From the IMG/VR virus record IMGVR_UViG_3300047443_000115, positions 27,589 to 91,588 of that record: DNA of 64,000 nt. One strand, written 5' to 3'. Shown piece by piece: positions 26,982-36,952 of the stretch (position 1 is the stretch's first letter; each line of letters opens with the position of its first letter). A program made the position numbers and the translations under genes. Under the pieces are notes generated by a model that had not been told where the DNA came from, searched no databases, and saw only the letters and a program-made list of their open reading frames with translations. The DNA comes from a virus.

Positions 26982-28061
26982 ATGACAACCGCATCGCGGC
27001 GGTCAGTTCGTTCGCTTGCCTGTGAGGCTGAGTTTCGGGCCCGCGTAGAAGAACTGGGGGGCTGCGTCCTCGAACCTGAATGGCTTGGGGTGCTGAATCG
27101 CCATCGCATCCGGTGCGCCCAAGGCCATGAATATGCACCGAGACCACGGTACGTCCTTCAAGGCGGCGGCATCTGTCGCACTTGCTCCGGCCTTGACCCG
27201 CGCGCAGTTGAGGCCGCCTTCCGGGCCCGCATAGCAGGGCTCGGCGGCACCATCCTGGAACCCAAATGGCTCGGGGCTGATCGGCCTCACCGCGTCCTTT
27301 GTGTCGCTGGACACGAGAGCGCGCCTCGCCCGAGCGATGTCCGCCAGGGGGATGGGATATGCAAGACGTGCGCAGGAACGGACCCACGTGCGGCCGAAGC
27401 TGCGTTCCGAGCCCGCGTCGAGGAGCTAGGCGGCACTGTCCTTGAGCCCGTATGGCTTGGGGCGCAGAAGCCTCACCGCATCCGGTGTGCCGCTGGGCAC
27501 GAAGTAATGCAGCGGCCCAACAGCATTCAGCAAGGGAGAGGCCTTTGCCGCACTTGCGCCGGGAATGATCCGAAGGTTGCCGAGGCGGAATTCCGGGCGC
27601 GCGTGGAAGAGTTGGGAGGCGTTGTTCTCGAACCCGTGTGGCTTGGAGTCAAGACGCCTCATCGAATCAGATGCTCCGCCGGGCACGAAAGCACGCCGCG
27701 ACCGTCAGCTGTGCAGCAGGGTGGAGGTATCTGCAGGCTCTGTATGGGACAGGTCTGGGATGCGTTCTACGTCCTCCTCGACGAGGAGGAGCAGATGGTG
27801 AAGTTCGGGATCACATCTGGTAACGCTCGGCCCCGCCTTGCCGGCCATGCACGGGACGGATACTGCACCCGCGTGCGGCTCATGACGGACCTGCCACTGG
27901 GTGCCGCACGGGGGCTAGAGAAGACAGTGCTCGCCACCCTGGACCTCGCCGGCGTTGAGCCGGTCCGTGGTCGCGAGTATTTCCATGTGTCGGCACTGCC
28001 CGTCATCCTTGATATCGCCGACAACTACCCGATCCCGGCGTCTAAGCCCCGACCCGCCTGA
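26982..28061 (+). CDS. Four zinc-ribbon repeats plus C-terminal GIY-YIG-like domain (putative endonuclease)
   Basis: 4 x ~60 aa FRARV..LGG.VLEP.WLG...HRIRC..GHE...RP....QG.GIC..C; YVL...VKFGIT...RL..H. Confidence 0.75.
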   Translation: MTTASRRSVRSLACEAEFRARVEELGGCVLEPEWLGVLNRHRIRCAQGHEYAPRPRYVLQGGGICRTCSGLDPRAVEAAFRARIAGLGGTILEPKWLGADRPHRVLCVAGHESAPRPSDVRQGDGICKTCAGTDPRAAEAAFRARVEELGGTVLEPVWLGAQKPHRIRCAAGHEVMQRPNSIQQGRGLCRTCAGNDPKVAEAEFRARVEELGGVVLEPVWLGVKTPHRIRCSAGHESTPRPSAVQQGGGICRLCMGQVWDAFYVLLDEEEQMVKFGITSGNARPRLAGHARDGYCTRVRLMTDLPLGAARGLEKTVLATLDLAGVEPVRGREYFHVSALPVILDIADNYPIPASKPRPA

Positions 28062-28293
28062 ACATGAGCAGCCACACGTCCCGGATCGGCGAGTCCTGCC
28101 CGGCTGGCCGTGCCCATTCCAACCGCCAGCCGTAGTGCTCGACCGCTTCGATGGTGTCGGCGAGGTCGGTCAGTTCGGGTCTCTGGGTGGCTTTTACGAG
28201 CGCCCGCCACACGAACACGGTCCCGCCGGCCTCGGCTCGGTCGCGGGCGGCGGTGGCGTAGGGCATCTTCGACTGCTTGTCGCTGATCGTCAT
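28042..28293 (-). CDS. Hypothetical protein
   Basis: 83 aa, protein-like composition. Confidence 0.5.
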   Translation of the reverse strand: MTISDKQSKMPYATAARDRAEAGGTVFVWRALVKATQRPELTDLADTIEAVEHYGWRLEWARPAGQDSPIRDVWLLMFRRVGA

Positions 28294-28433
28294 CGCGGCA
28301 GCCTAGTGGCCCCGCCCCGAACACCCGCGCGCGTGACCGCTATCACCCGGTCGACCTGCACCGATGCCGTCAACAGGGGTGCGGTCGCGGGCGGTTCGCG
28401 GGATACTGGAAGTACCACAAACCTGGAGAAATC

Positions 28434-29000
28434 ATGAGGAAGATTCCAACGCTCTTCAAGCGGGACCCGGACGACCGCCGTCATGTGCTGCCGGAGGTGA
28501 ACGAGGGCTGTGAGTGGGTCCTCGCTGGCGAGGGTGTCGCGACCCGCAAGTTCGATGGCACGTGCGTCATGCTCCGCGAGGACGGCTCGTGGTGGGCGCG
28601 CCGCGAGGTGAAGCCGGGGAAGACGCCGCCGCCCAACTTCGTGCCGCTGTCCACCGACGAGGTGACGGGGAAGACGGTGGGCTGGGAGCCAGTCGAGCAG
28701 TCCGGGTTCGCGAAGTGGCACGCCGAGGCGGTCGAGAACTGCGGGCCCCCCGAGGGCGCTACGGGCACGTTCGAGCTGATCGGGCCAAAGGTCAACGGGA
28801 ACCCGGAGCAGAGCCCGATGCACCTGCTCGTCGAGCACGCGCACGCCGTCAATGTCGAGGTGCCGGTGCTGACGTTCGAGGGTATCCGGAAGACCGTACT
28901 GGCCCTGGCTGAGTCCGACGACTGCGAGGGCATCGTGTGGCACCACAAGGGCGGCCGCATGGTGAAGATCAAGGCACGCGACTTCCCGAAGGGAGTCTGA
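28434..29000 (+). CDS. RNA ligase, DUF5565/RLIG1-like
   Basis: Nucleotidyltransferase motifs I RKFDGT, III FELIG, IV EGIVW, V KIK. Confidence 0.8.
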   Translation: MRKIPTLFKRDPDDRRHVLPEVNEGCEWVLAGEGVATRKFDGTCVMLREDGSWWARREVKPGKTPPPNFVPLSTDEVTGKTVGWEPVEQSGFAKWHAEAVENCGPPEGATGTFELIGPKVNGNPEQSPMHLLVEHAHAVNVEVPVLTFEGIRKTVLALAESDDCEGIVWHHKGGRMVKIKARDFPKGV

Positions 29001-29002
29001 CC

Positions 29003-30601
29003 ATGACGCTTGAGGAGCTGATCACCGCTCTCGAAGTCGAGGACCCGGCGAAGGTTGTCCGTCACGGCTTCACCAACCCGCACTCCTACCGGGGCTACTA
29101 CGTTGAGCTCGCCTTCGAGCCGGCCAGCAACGTCACGGTTGGCGCGATGCTGGCCGATGCCCGGTCGGCCCTCGGTGCGGTCTACCAGGGCTGGAAGGGC
29201 GGAGACTTCGAGATGAACGGCCACACGGACTGCTGGCTGTCGCTGGAGGGCTGCGCGTCCGGGGAGACGATCGGCCCGACGCTGCTGCGGCTGATGCTCG
29301 CCGACGCGGTCCCGGCCGCCGAGGTGACGCCCGACCGGCAGAAGCGCCCACCCATGGACCCCGTGCACATCCTCGGCATCGGAGCCCCCGCCGCCGTGGC
29401 GACGACGTGACTGCCGCCCTGCATCTCGCGCACGTCCACCAGCCCCCGCCGGGCCCGAAGCGCAAGCGGAAGCGGGGCGGCCCAGGTGACGGCGACGGCC
29501 CGTTCCTGATCGTCCCGCGCGACGCCTGCGAGGCCTGCCTGGCCCACTGGCACCACAAATGCTGGGGCGCCGACCTGCTGCTGCCTGACGACGAGCGCCC
29601 CGACTGCCCGTGCCCGTGCGGTGATCCCGCCGACCCGACGGGTGAGCGGATGAGCGCTGCGGCGTGGGCGGATCTGGCGCAGCACTGCCCCGCGGCCGTG
29701 TGGCGGGCGGTTGAGGGGCAGCGGATCCGGGACGGAGTTGGCGTCCACCTGTGCGTGGCGGGCGAGGATGACCGGCATCAGGCATTCAAGGAGCGGCGAT
29801 GACCACCACCGTCCTGCCCCACGCCCCGCAGGTCCGCTCAGCCTCCCTGCTGGTGGCCGTGGACCCGGTGGAGGATGCCCGCCGTCGCACGGCCGGACTG
29901 GGCGCCGTGACGGACATGGCCGCGCTGGAGCTGCTGCTCACCCTCCCGGAGGGTTTCCCGGTCCCCGTGGCGTCCCTCCCGGACCGCGACCGCCGGGCTC
30001 TCAAGCGGCTTCCTGCGGGCGTGGTGGAGGCGTCCGGGGGTGAGGTGGTCCGGCTGGCCGTGAAGCCGCTGCGGGCGGTCCTGGCGACCGTGCGGGGTAC
30101 TTGCTCCGAGACGGCCCTCGGGAAGGCGTCGAGCTTCGCCCCGTTCTGCGCCCGCCGCGTCCTCACCCGCGTCCGGCCGGAGTTCCCGGAGACCCTCATC
30201 GAGTTCGGCTTCTACGGTGTTGGCGTCACCTACCGCGCGGCCGATGGCGCTGAGGAGACGCTCGTCGAGCCACGACCGTGGCGGCCGATGCGGCACACGC
30301 CGGCTGGCTGGCGGTTCATCGAGCAGGCATACGAGCAGTACCGCCAGGAAGCGCCGTGACCCCCGACCACACCCCCACTCCCCGCCTCCTCTCGTCCCGC
30401 GTCGCCGAGGCCCTGTACCTGGCGACGGTCGGCCCGCTGACGGCCATCGCGAGCGCCCTCGCCTGCGCGGCAACGGGCGGCCACCTGGCCGCGTACTTCG
30501 GCACACTGGTGGTGCTTGCGTTCGCGGCCGGCTGGTGGCATGAGCGGCCCGTCGCCTGGATCCAGCGGTGGCTCGCGCGGAAGCCGACGCCTGGCGAGTA
30601 G
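29003..30601 (+). CDS. Four coupled hypothetical genes (29003-29410, 29407-29802 Cys-rich, 29799-30359, 30356-30601 membrane)
   Basis: Coupled junctions following the ligase. Confidence 0.6.
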
Positions 30602-30615
30602 CCGCGCGCAGCAAT

Positions 30616-30644
30616 CAGCCCCCGGTCCGTGGACTCGGGGGTTG
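30616..30644. terminator. Hairpin between convergent operons
   Basis: CAGCCCCCG...CGGGGGTTG stem. Confidence 0.55.
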
Positions 30645-30646
30645 TG

Positions 30647-30853
30647 TCACGTCTCGGGCAGCGTCTCCTGCGGCACCTCGAACCGCCCGACGCCCGGCCC
30701 GACCCTGATCCCGAGCTTCTGCCGGCACCGCGGCCCAAGCCTGTACAGCCGCGAGATGCGGTCGTGCAACTCCTCGTCGCACTCGTCGCACGGAACGACG
30801 ACGCGCCCCGTCGCCAGCTCGTTGGAGCGGGCGAGGAGCGCGTCAGGGGTCAT
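30647..30853 (-). CDS. DUF6011-like zinc-binding protein
   Basis: CDEC...L.D..S....LGPRC. Confidence 0.6.
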   Translation of the reverse strand: MTPDALLARSNELATGRVVVPCDECDEELHDRISRLYRLGPRCRQKLGIRVGPGVGRFEVPQETLPET

Positions 30854-30868
30854 GGGTCCAGTGTGCGG

Positions 30869-32218
30869 CTACGCGGCACTCTCGCGGCCGGGGAGGCGCA
30901 TCTCCAGCGTATGGCCGCCGTCGACGTCCAGGAGCTTCACCAGCGGCACCGTGACGGCCTCGTGGCGCGGGATGGGCAGGGTCGGCGCCTGCTGCGGAAT
31001 GCGCCCGGTAGTGGCCTGCCTCGTCCCCCACCCATTGCGCCGCAGTGTCGCCAGCGCGTACAGGCGGAGCGGGATGAGGAGCGTCAGGTTCATCAGCGCG
31101 TACAGCGGCGCCGCGGCGAACGTGAGGATCCGGTCGGTACGCGGCACCTGGCCGGCCGAACGCAGGTAGTGCAGCGACCGGAACCATGCGGCGGCCGAGA
31201 CGTACACGGCGTACCAGGCGAACACGGTCCAGGCGTGCGGGTTGCTGGCGAACACCGCGAGGGCGACCAGCAGGGCCGAGGTGAACGCGATCCACGTGGC
31301 GAGCTCGACGAGGTTCAGCCACCAGTAGGCGCGGCCCATGGAACGGACCCTGAGCGCCAGGAGGACGCCCTCGCGGATGAAGGACTTGGTCCAACGGGTC
31401 TGCTGGCGCAGGTAGCCAGAAAGCCGGTGCGGCACGTCGGTCCAGGCGACCGCGGTGGGCACGATCAGCGACTGGCCCTCCAGCAGGCAGTAGTAGGTGA
31501 GCCTGCGGTCGTCGCCGAACGTGCACTCCTTGCCGAGGAAGCGCTGCCCGAGGAAGTCGTCCAGGTACTTCCGGACGGTTGTGCCGCGGTAGAGGGCGAG
31601 CGATCCGCAGGCGCACAGGACGGAGCCGAGGCGGGAGTAGGCGACGCGTTCGCCCAGGAAGGCGTTCTGGTAGCGCATGTCGATCAGGCGGGTCAGCAGA
31701 TTCCGGCTACGGTTCGCAGCCAGGACGAGGCCTGTCACGGCGTGGACGCGGCGGCGGGCGAACGGCCGGGCGGCCTCCTCGACGGCGTGCGCGTCCAGCA
31801 CGGTGTCGGAGTCGACGCACAGGTAGATGGCGGCGTCCTGGCGGGCGTTGAACCCCGTGGCGAGCCCGTGGCGCTTGCCTCTGTTGACGGGGAACCGGAT
31901 GAAGTCCAGACGGATCCCCGCGGCAGCGAACGCCGGGCGCAGATGGTCGATGACTCCAGCGGCCGAGCGGTCCTTCGAGCAGTCGTCGATGACCGTCAGA
32001 CTGTCGGGCCGGCGAGTCTGATCGAGGATCGACTCCAGGCAGCGGCGGAGCGCGGCAGGGTCCTCGTTGAAGGTCGTGACAACTCCGTGGATGACGTGGC
32101 CGGTCGGCCCTGCCGGCTGCTGCGCGGTGGGTCTGCGGCGCCGCTTCAGCGACGCGAGGAGCTTGATGGCGAGCAGGCTGCCCACGGCTATGCCGTACCA
32201 GCCCAGGTGATTGTGCAC
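30869..32218 (-). CDS. Processive GT2 glycosyltransferase, hyaluronan synthase (HasA)/NodC-like
   Basis: FNED, IDDCS, NRGKR, DSDT, FLGKECTFGDDRRLT, QQTRWTKSFIRE, C-terminal TMs and GWGTR. Confidence 0.88.
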   Translation of the reverse strand: MHNHLGWYGIAVGSLLAIKLLASLKRRRRPTAQQPAGPTGHVIHGVVTTFNEDPAALRRCLESILDQTRRPDSLTVIDDCSKDRSAAGVIDHLRPAFAAAGIRLDFIRFPVNRGKRHGLATGFNARQDAAIYLCVDSDTVLDAHAVEEAARPFARRRVHAVTGLVLAANRSRNLLTRLIDMRYQNAFLGERVAYSRLGSVLCACGSLALYRGTTVRKYLDDFLGQRFLGKECTFGDDRRLTYYCLLEGQSLIVPTAVAWTDVPHRLSGYLRQQTRWTKSFIREGVLLALRVRSMGRAYWWLNLVELATWIAFTSALLVALAVFASNPHAWTVFAWYAVYVSAAAWFRSLHYLRSAGQVPRTDRILTFAAAPLYALMNLTLLIPLRLYALATLRRNGWGTRQATTGRIPQQAPTLPIPRHEAVTVPLVKLLDVDGGHTLEMRLPGRESAA

Positions 32219-32255
32219 AGGGGTCCCCCGTGAGTGTGGGTCGAGTGGTGGTTGG

Positions 32256-34387
32256 TCAGCCGCGGCGGGTCTTGGCGACGACAACGTCTACGCACGCCGC
32301 GGGCAGGTCCACGACGCCGTTGAGGTCCCCGAGCCCAATCCCGTGCTGGGCTGCGACGGCAAGCAGGTCCCGGAGTAGCTCCAACGCCGAGGCCCGCACC
32401 TCCGGGCTGATGGCGGGCCCGTGGCGGTGGACGGCGGCGATGGCCTCGGCCGGGGTGCGGGCGGTCACTGCTCAGCCTCCACGTCGAGTCGCGAAGCGGC
32501 CCACTCCACACCCTCGGCGAACCCGGGGCCGCGGTCGGGGTGGGTGTCCCGGAGCCGCTGCCCGAGGCTCCGCAGGTAGTTCGCGAGCAGCGGCTCCATG
32601 ACCTCGTCGAGGTGAGCGTCGCCGGCGAGGTTGATGATGTCGTTGCGGGTGGTCATCGGGTTGCTCCGTTCGGGTTCGGGTGGCAGTCGGCCCCGCCGTC
32701 GTGCCCGCAGTCGCACGGGCTGCCGGTCGGGCCGTGGACGGGGCAGGCGTCGGCGGGGGTGTCGAGGCCCTCGGTGGGGCCGAACCGGACGCGCGACCCG
32801 GTGGGCCACCCCGCGACCACGTCGGCGAAGAAGTGCCCAGCCTGCCGGGCACGGTCGTCGCCGTCGGGGAAGTTCGCGGCCTCCCGCAACCGGGCCTCGT
32901 AGCGGGCCTCTACGGCGGCCGCGAGGGCGTCGGCTCGGCGCTCGGCTCCCGCGAAGCCAGACTCGTTCGGCAGGGCGACGAGGGCGAACCCGATCAGCTC
33001 GTCTCGCGCCTCGGTGACGGCCTGCTCGGCACGGGACAGGGGGGTGGTCGGGTCGGTCATCAGAACCGCCACCACGAGTCGTAGCCCTCAGGGGGCGCCG
33101 GGTACGCGGCGAGCATCGGCCGCAGGATGGCCAGGTGCCCGGCCTGGACGTCGAGGTCTTCGGCGCCCCAGTAGCCGGTGCCGTCCCAGCGGCCGTGGCA
33201 GGTGCCGCCGTAGCGGCCGTCCAGGTCGGCGGACAGAACCGCGTTCGGGTCGTCGAGGTCCAGACGCTCCGGCAGGTAGTGGCTGAACAGCATCAGCGTT
33301 CCGATGCAGGCCCGGGTGACGCCGTTCTGGCGGCGGTACCAGACGGCGTTGGCTCTGCCGCTGAAGGCGATCAGGTTGCCGCGCTCGTGTTGGTCGCCGG
33401 TGACGGTGGTGAGGTCGATGGCGAAGGGCTTGCGGGAGATCAGGAACCGGTCCTCGCGGATCACGCGGGGCCTCCTTCGGTGAAAGCGCCGGTTACGCGG
33501 TCGGCGCGGATCATGCGCCAGGCGGCCTGGCGGCCCTGCTCGCGCATCAGCGCCAGGTTCGCGGCGGCCAGCACCTGGACCTCGGCCAGCGCCTGGTCGT
33601 CACCGGCCAGGGCACGGTCGCACAGGTCCAGGAGTTGACGGATCTCGCGGCGCATCGCGGCGCCCTGGGCGGGAGTCACGACGGGTCCTTCCGCAGCCAT
33701 ACGGGCTCGCCGTCGACAGCCGCGCCGATCAGGTCGCCGGAGCGGAGGAAGTGGCTGACGCGGCGGAACTTGATGCCGAGGCCGGCCAGCCTCAGGCGTG
33801 CCCAGATCGGCAACTCCTCGGGCGGCTGGCCCATCGCGGTTGCGGTTGCGGTTGCGGTCATGTCGCGCTCCGACCGGCGGGCGTGGCCCACTCCAGCAGC
33901 CGGTGCAGGGTGTCACCGGCCACGCTGATGTCGCCGCCCCAGATGCCGCCCAGATCCTTGCGGACGGCGGAGGCTTCGGCGGCGGTCATACGGACGGTGA
34001 TCGCGCCGTCCGGCTCGATACGGATGGATTCCACGTGCGGGCCCTCCTCGGGCTGTCGTCGGCGCCCGTCCTTCGCGGCCGGGCAGGGGGGCGCTAGTGG
34101 GCGGCGTCGCCGTGGAAGTTGAGGGCGTCCCGGGTGGCATTGGGCGCGCCGCAAGTCGGGCAGGTGAACGCCTCGGTGAGGGCTGTGCGGAGGTCGCGGA
34201 GGTCGCGCATGAGGAGGCCGGTGCGGACGCCATCGCCGTAGATGCCGTCGGTGGCCTTGACGACCAGGGTGAGGTCGGGCTGGTCCGCGAATACGGCCAG
34301 CACGTGGTCCAGTGCCTCGATCGCATTGGCCGGGGCGTCGCCGTACTGCTCGATGGTCTCGCGGCGGATGCGGTCCATGCTGCTCAT
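32256..34387 (-). CDS. Run of small hypothetical early genes (32256-32468, 32465-32656, 32653-33060, 33060-33464, 33461-33679, 33676-33861, 33858-34034, 34094-34387)
   Basis: Coupled stop/start overlaps. Confidence 0.6.
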
Positions 34388-34414
34388 TGCGGGCTCCCCT
34401 GCGGTTAGTTCCGG

Positions 34415-34500
34415 TGTCTATCTCGTAGACAAGTTCCACTGTGTCAGAGCTTCGCCGTCGCGTCTAGCCGGTAGACACGATTCATGGCTAGCAATTAGAC
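34415..34500. promoter_or_regulatory. Divergent promoter region with three operators
   Basis: GTCTA-N5-TAGAC at 34416 and 34462, one-mismatch copy at 34486. Confidence 0.7.
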
Positions 34501-34524
34501 GGTGATCATGGGACGATGGGCGGC

Positions 34525-34749
34525 ATGACCGACTGGGAGAAGCAACTCCGCCGCCGAGTAGCGGTCGACAAGAGGCGTGCCCGCGAGCTGAAGCAGGACA
34601 TTGCCGCCGCACGCCTGGCCGGTCACACCTTCCGCAAGATCGGTGAGTGGGCAGAGGTCAACCACGAGACCGTGCGCAACATCTGCATGGAGATCAGCGG
34701 GCACACCCGCACCCAAGCCGAACTCGACGCCGCCCCTGCTGACGCCTGA
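34525..34749 (+). CDS. Small HTH regulator
   Basis: GHTFRKIGEWAEVNHETVRNI. Confidence 0.7.
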   Translation: MTDWEKQLRRRVAVDKRRARELKQDIAAARLAGHTFRKIGEWAEVNHETVRNICMEISGHTRTQAELDAAPADA

Positions 34750-34751
34750 CC

Positions 34752-36058
34752 TCACCGCCCGCCTCCCTGGTGGCAGGCGCAGATGCAACTCACCATGTCC
34801 TGCTTGCGAGTCCGGCGGCACGACGCGTGCATGCGCTGCGCCCACCCGTCCAGTTCACCCGCGGGGTCGCCGTCGCGGCTGATGGCGCGGTAGATCGCGT
34901 GGGCCGTCTCGCACCCGGTGGACAGGTAGACGTCGATCCAGGGTGTGATCGCGGCCAGCACGTGATCCGGCAGCTTGTCGCGGCCGGATCCGGGCGGCGG
35001 GGGCACATACCGGGACTGGATGGCGGCGAGTGCGATGTCGGCGATGGCGCCCACTTCGCCGTCGATGTGTGTGCGTCCGCCGGCCATGCCGGACCAGACA
35101 ATCGGGTGGGCTTCGTAGCAGCCGGCATCGGTCAGGCCACAGATGCCGTCGCAGCGGGTCGCGGCTGCTGTGAGGGCTTCGGCGATGGCGGTTCGCAGGT
35201 CGTCGGTCATCGGCCGGCCTCCTCAGGCTGGTCGGTCCACGTGTGCCACACGTCCGTGCCGGGGATCCGACCGCGGTGGGCGCCGTTGGGGCGGTGCTGG
35301 GTGCAGCGGATGAGGGTGTCGGCCAGGTGGTGGGTGGCGGGGCAGGCGGAGGGCGCTTCGGCCGGCGGGGTGGTGTCGGCCGGGCCGTCGAGGGCGCGCA
35401 CGGTGGCGCAGGGGTGGGCGGTGAGCAGCCCGAGGTAGTGGTGTCCGTTCCAGCCGGAGCAGGTGCGGCAGATGACCAGGCCGTTGTGGGTGGTGGGTTG
35501 GTGGAGGGCGCGGACGGCGGTGAGCTTGGCCTCGGCGGTCTCGGCGCGGCGAATAGCAGCAACGCGGTCGGTCTCGTTGTCGGCAAGTTCGTCATGCCAC
35601 CGGTCGCGGTCTGCTTCGGCGTCCAGGGCGCGGGCGGTGACGGTTCGGCACCAGTCTCCGAGGCGCTCCACTTCGGCGGCGAGTTGCTGCATGCGGCGGT
35701 CGCGGACGGCCATCACCGCGTCGGCGTTGTCGAGGTAGGAGCCTTGGGTCTCCGTGCAGAGGGTGTTCCAGGGGTGGCCGTCGTCAGCGGCGATGGCCGC
35801 CGCGTACTGGTCGCGTAGTCCGCTGTCCGGCTCCTTGTTGCTGGCCGCCGGGTTGTCCGGGGTTGTCCGGGCGGCACCGGTGAGCATGGCGGCCAGCACC
35901 GGGGCGTCCTCGCGGAACACCCAGACCGACCCGGTTTCGATGCCGTCCACGTCGAGCCAGGGGATGCGGATCGTGCGCCCGCCGTCGGCGCTGTCGATGG
36001 TTTGGGCCCACGGGTACGAGTACTCGTCGATGGCGCGGGGCTCGGGCTGGTCGGTCAC
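34752..36058 (-). CDS. Two hypothetical genes (34752-35210; 35207-36058 coiled-coil/Zn-motif mosaic)
   Basis: Coupled ORFs. Confidence 0.6.
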
Positions 36059-36432
36059 TGGCCGTTCCTGTCGTGGATGCCGAGGGCGAGGCGTGGCCCG
36101 TCGAAGCGGTCGTTGGCGAGGGTCGCGCACTGGATCTGGAAGTCGACCGGGAGCCCGGTGCGCTGCCGGGCGAGTTCGGAGATGGCGGCGCAGAGCAGGC
36201 CCCAGCGGCCGTCATGCCGGGACGGGTAGGTGTGGTCCGGGAACAGGGCGTCGAACTCGGGGTCGGGCAGGATGAGGCGCACGTCCACGTCCCGCCACTG
36301 CTTGCCGACTGCGGCTGAGCCGACGAGGTACGGGAGGTGTCCGAACGCGTCGTTGATCTCGCGGCCGAACGCTTCGAGGTGGAGGGCGGCGGGCATGCCG
36401 ACGCCGAACATGGGGGTGGGCTGGTCGGTCAC
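36055..36432 (-). CDS. Minimal Pol-beta-type nucleotidyltransferase
   Basis: YLVGSA...RDVDVR (GS...DxD) motif. Confidence 0.7.
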   Translation of the reverse strand: MTDQPTPMFGVGMPAALHLEAFGREINDAFGHLPYLVGSAAVGKQWRDVDVRLILPDPEFDALFPDHTYPSRHDGRWGLLCAAISELARQRTGLPVDFQIQCATLANDRFDGPRLALGIHDRNGQ

Positions 36433-36952
36433 TTGCCCCTCCGAACTTGGCGGACGCAGCCGCACCGTGGCGGGCAAGCCCACCGCACATGCCGGTTGCG
36501 GTGCTTGCCCCACCGGTGCCGCCCCCGACCGCAGGCGATCTCGTGCAGCAGCCCGTCCGGGGTGCACACCTCGCCGCGTGACCAGCAGGACGTGGAGTTG
36601 CGGGGGTCGGAGACGGAGGGGTGTGCGCGGTCGATGTGTTCGTCGAACTGGCTGCTGGGGATGTGCGGTCGGTCGGGGCACCAGATGCAGATGTCGGCGG
36701 GCTCGGGCTGGTCGGTCACTGGGTCGACTCCTCGGAGGTGGTGCCGCGCGGAGACCCGTAGCGGCCGGTGAGCTGAACGGCGATGTCGGCCTCTGTCCGG
36801 CCGCCGATGATGACGATCCGCTGCGCCGGAAGTCCCAGGTCGGCGAGGTTGAGCACGATCGGCTCGTCGGCCATGAGGCGGGTCATGTTCTCGCCGGACA
36901 GGCCAAGGATGACGATGGGCCCGGTGGCGTCACGGGCTACGGCTTTGATCAC
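36429..36952 (-). CDS. Two hypothetical genes (36429-36719 Cys/His-rich; 36716-36952)
   Basis: Coupled ORFs. Confidence 0.5.

Noticed and set aside
26982-27740. ~180-bp repeats as a CRISPR-like or guide array
   Set aside because: In-frame, synonymous-diverged protein repeats with no spacers
13956-28061. Independent complete AICE inserted into the phage
   Set aside because: No own integrase, RepSA/prim-pol or flanking direct repeats seen; a decayed insertion cannot be fully excluded
29799-30359. Possible restriction-endonuclease-like fold
   Set aside because: No convincing PD-(D/E)XK catalytic motif; left as hypothetical
33836-33859. (GCGGTT)n microrepeat
   Set aside because: Short in-frame Thr-Ala run at a protein N terminus; no evidence for phase variation
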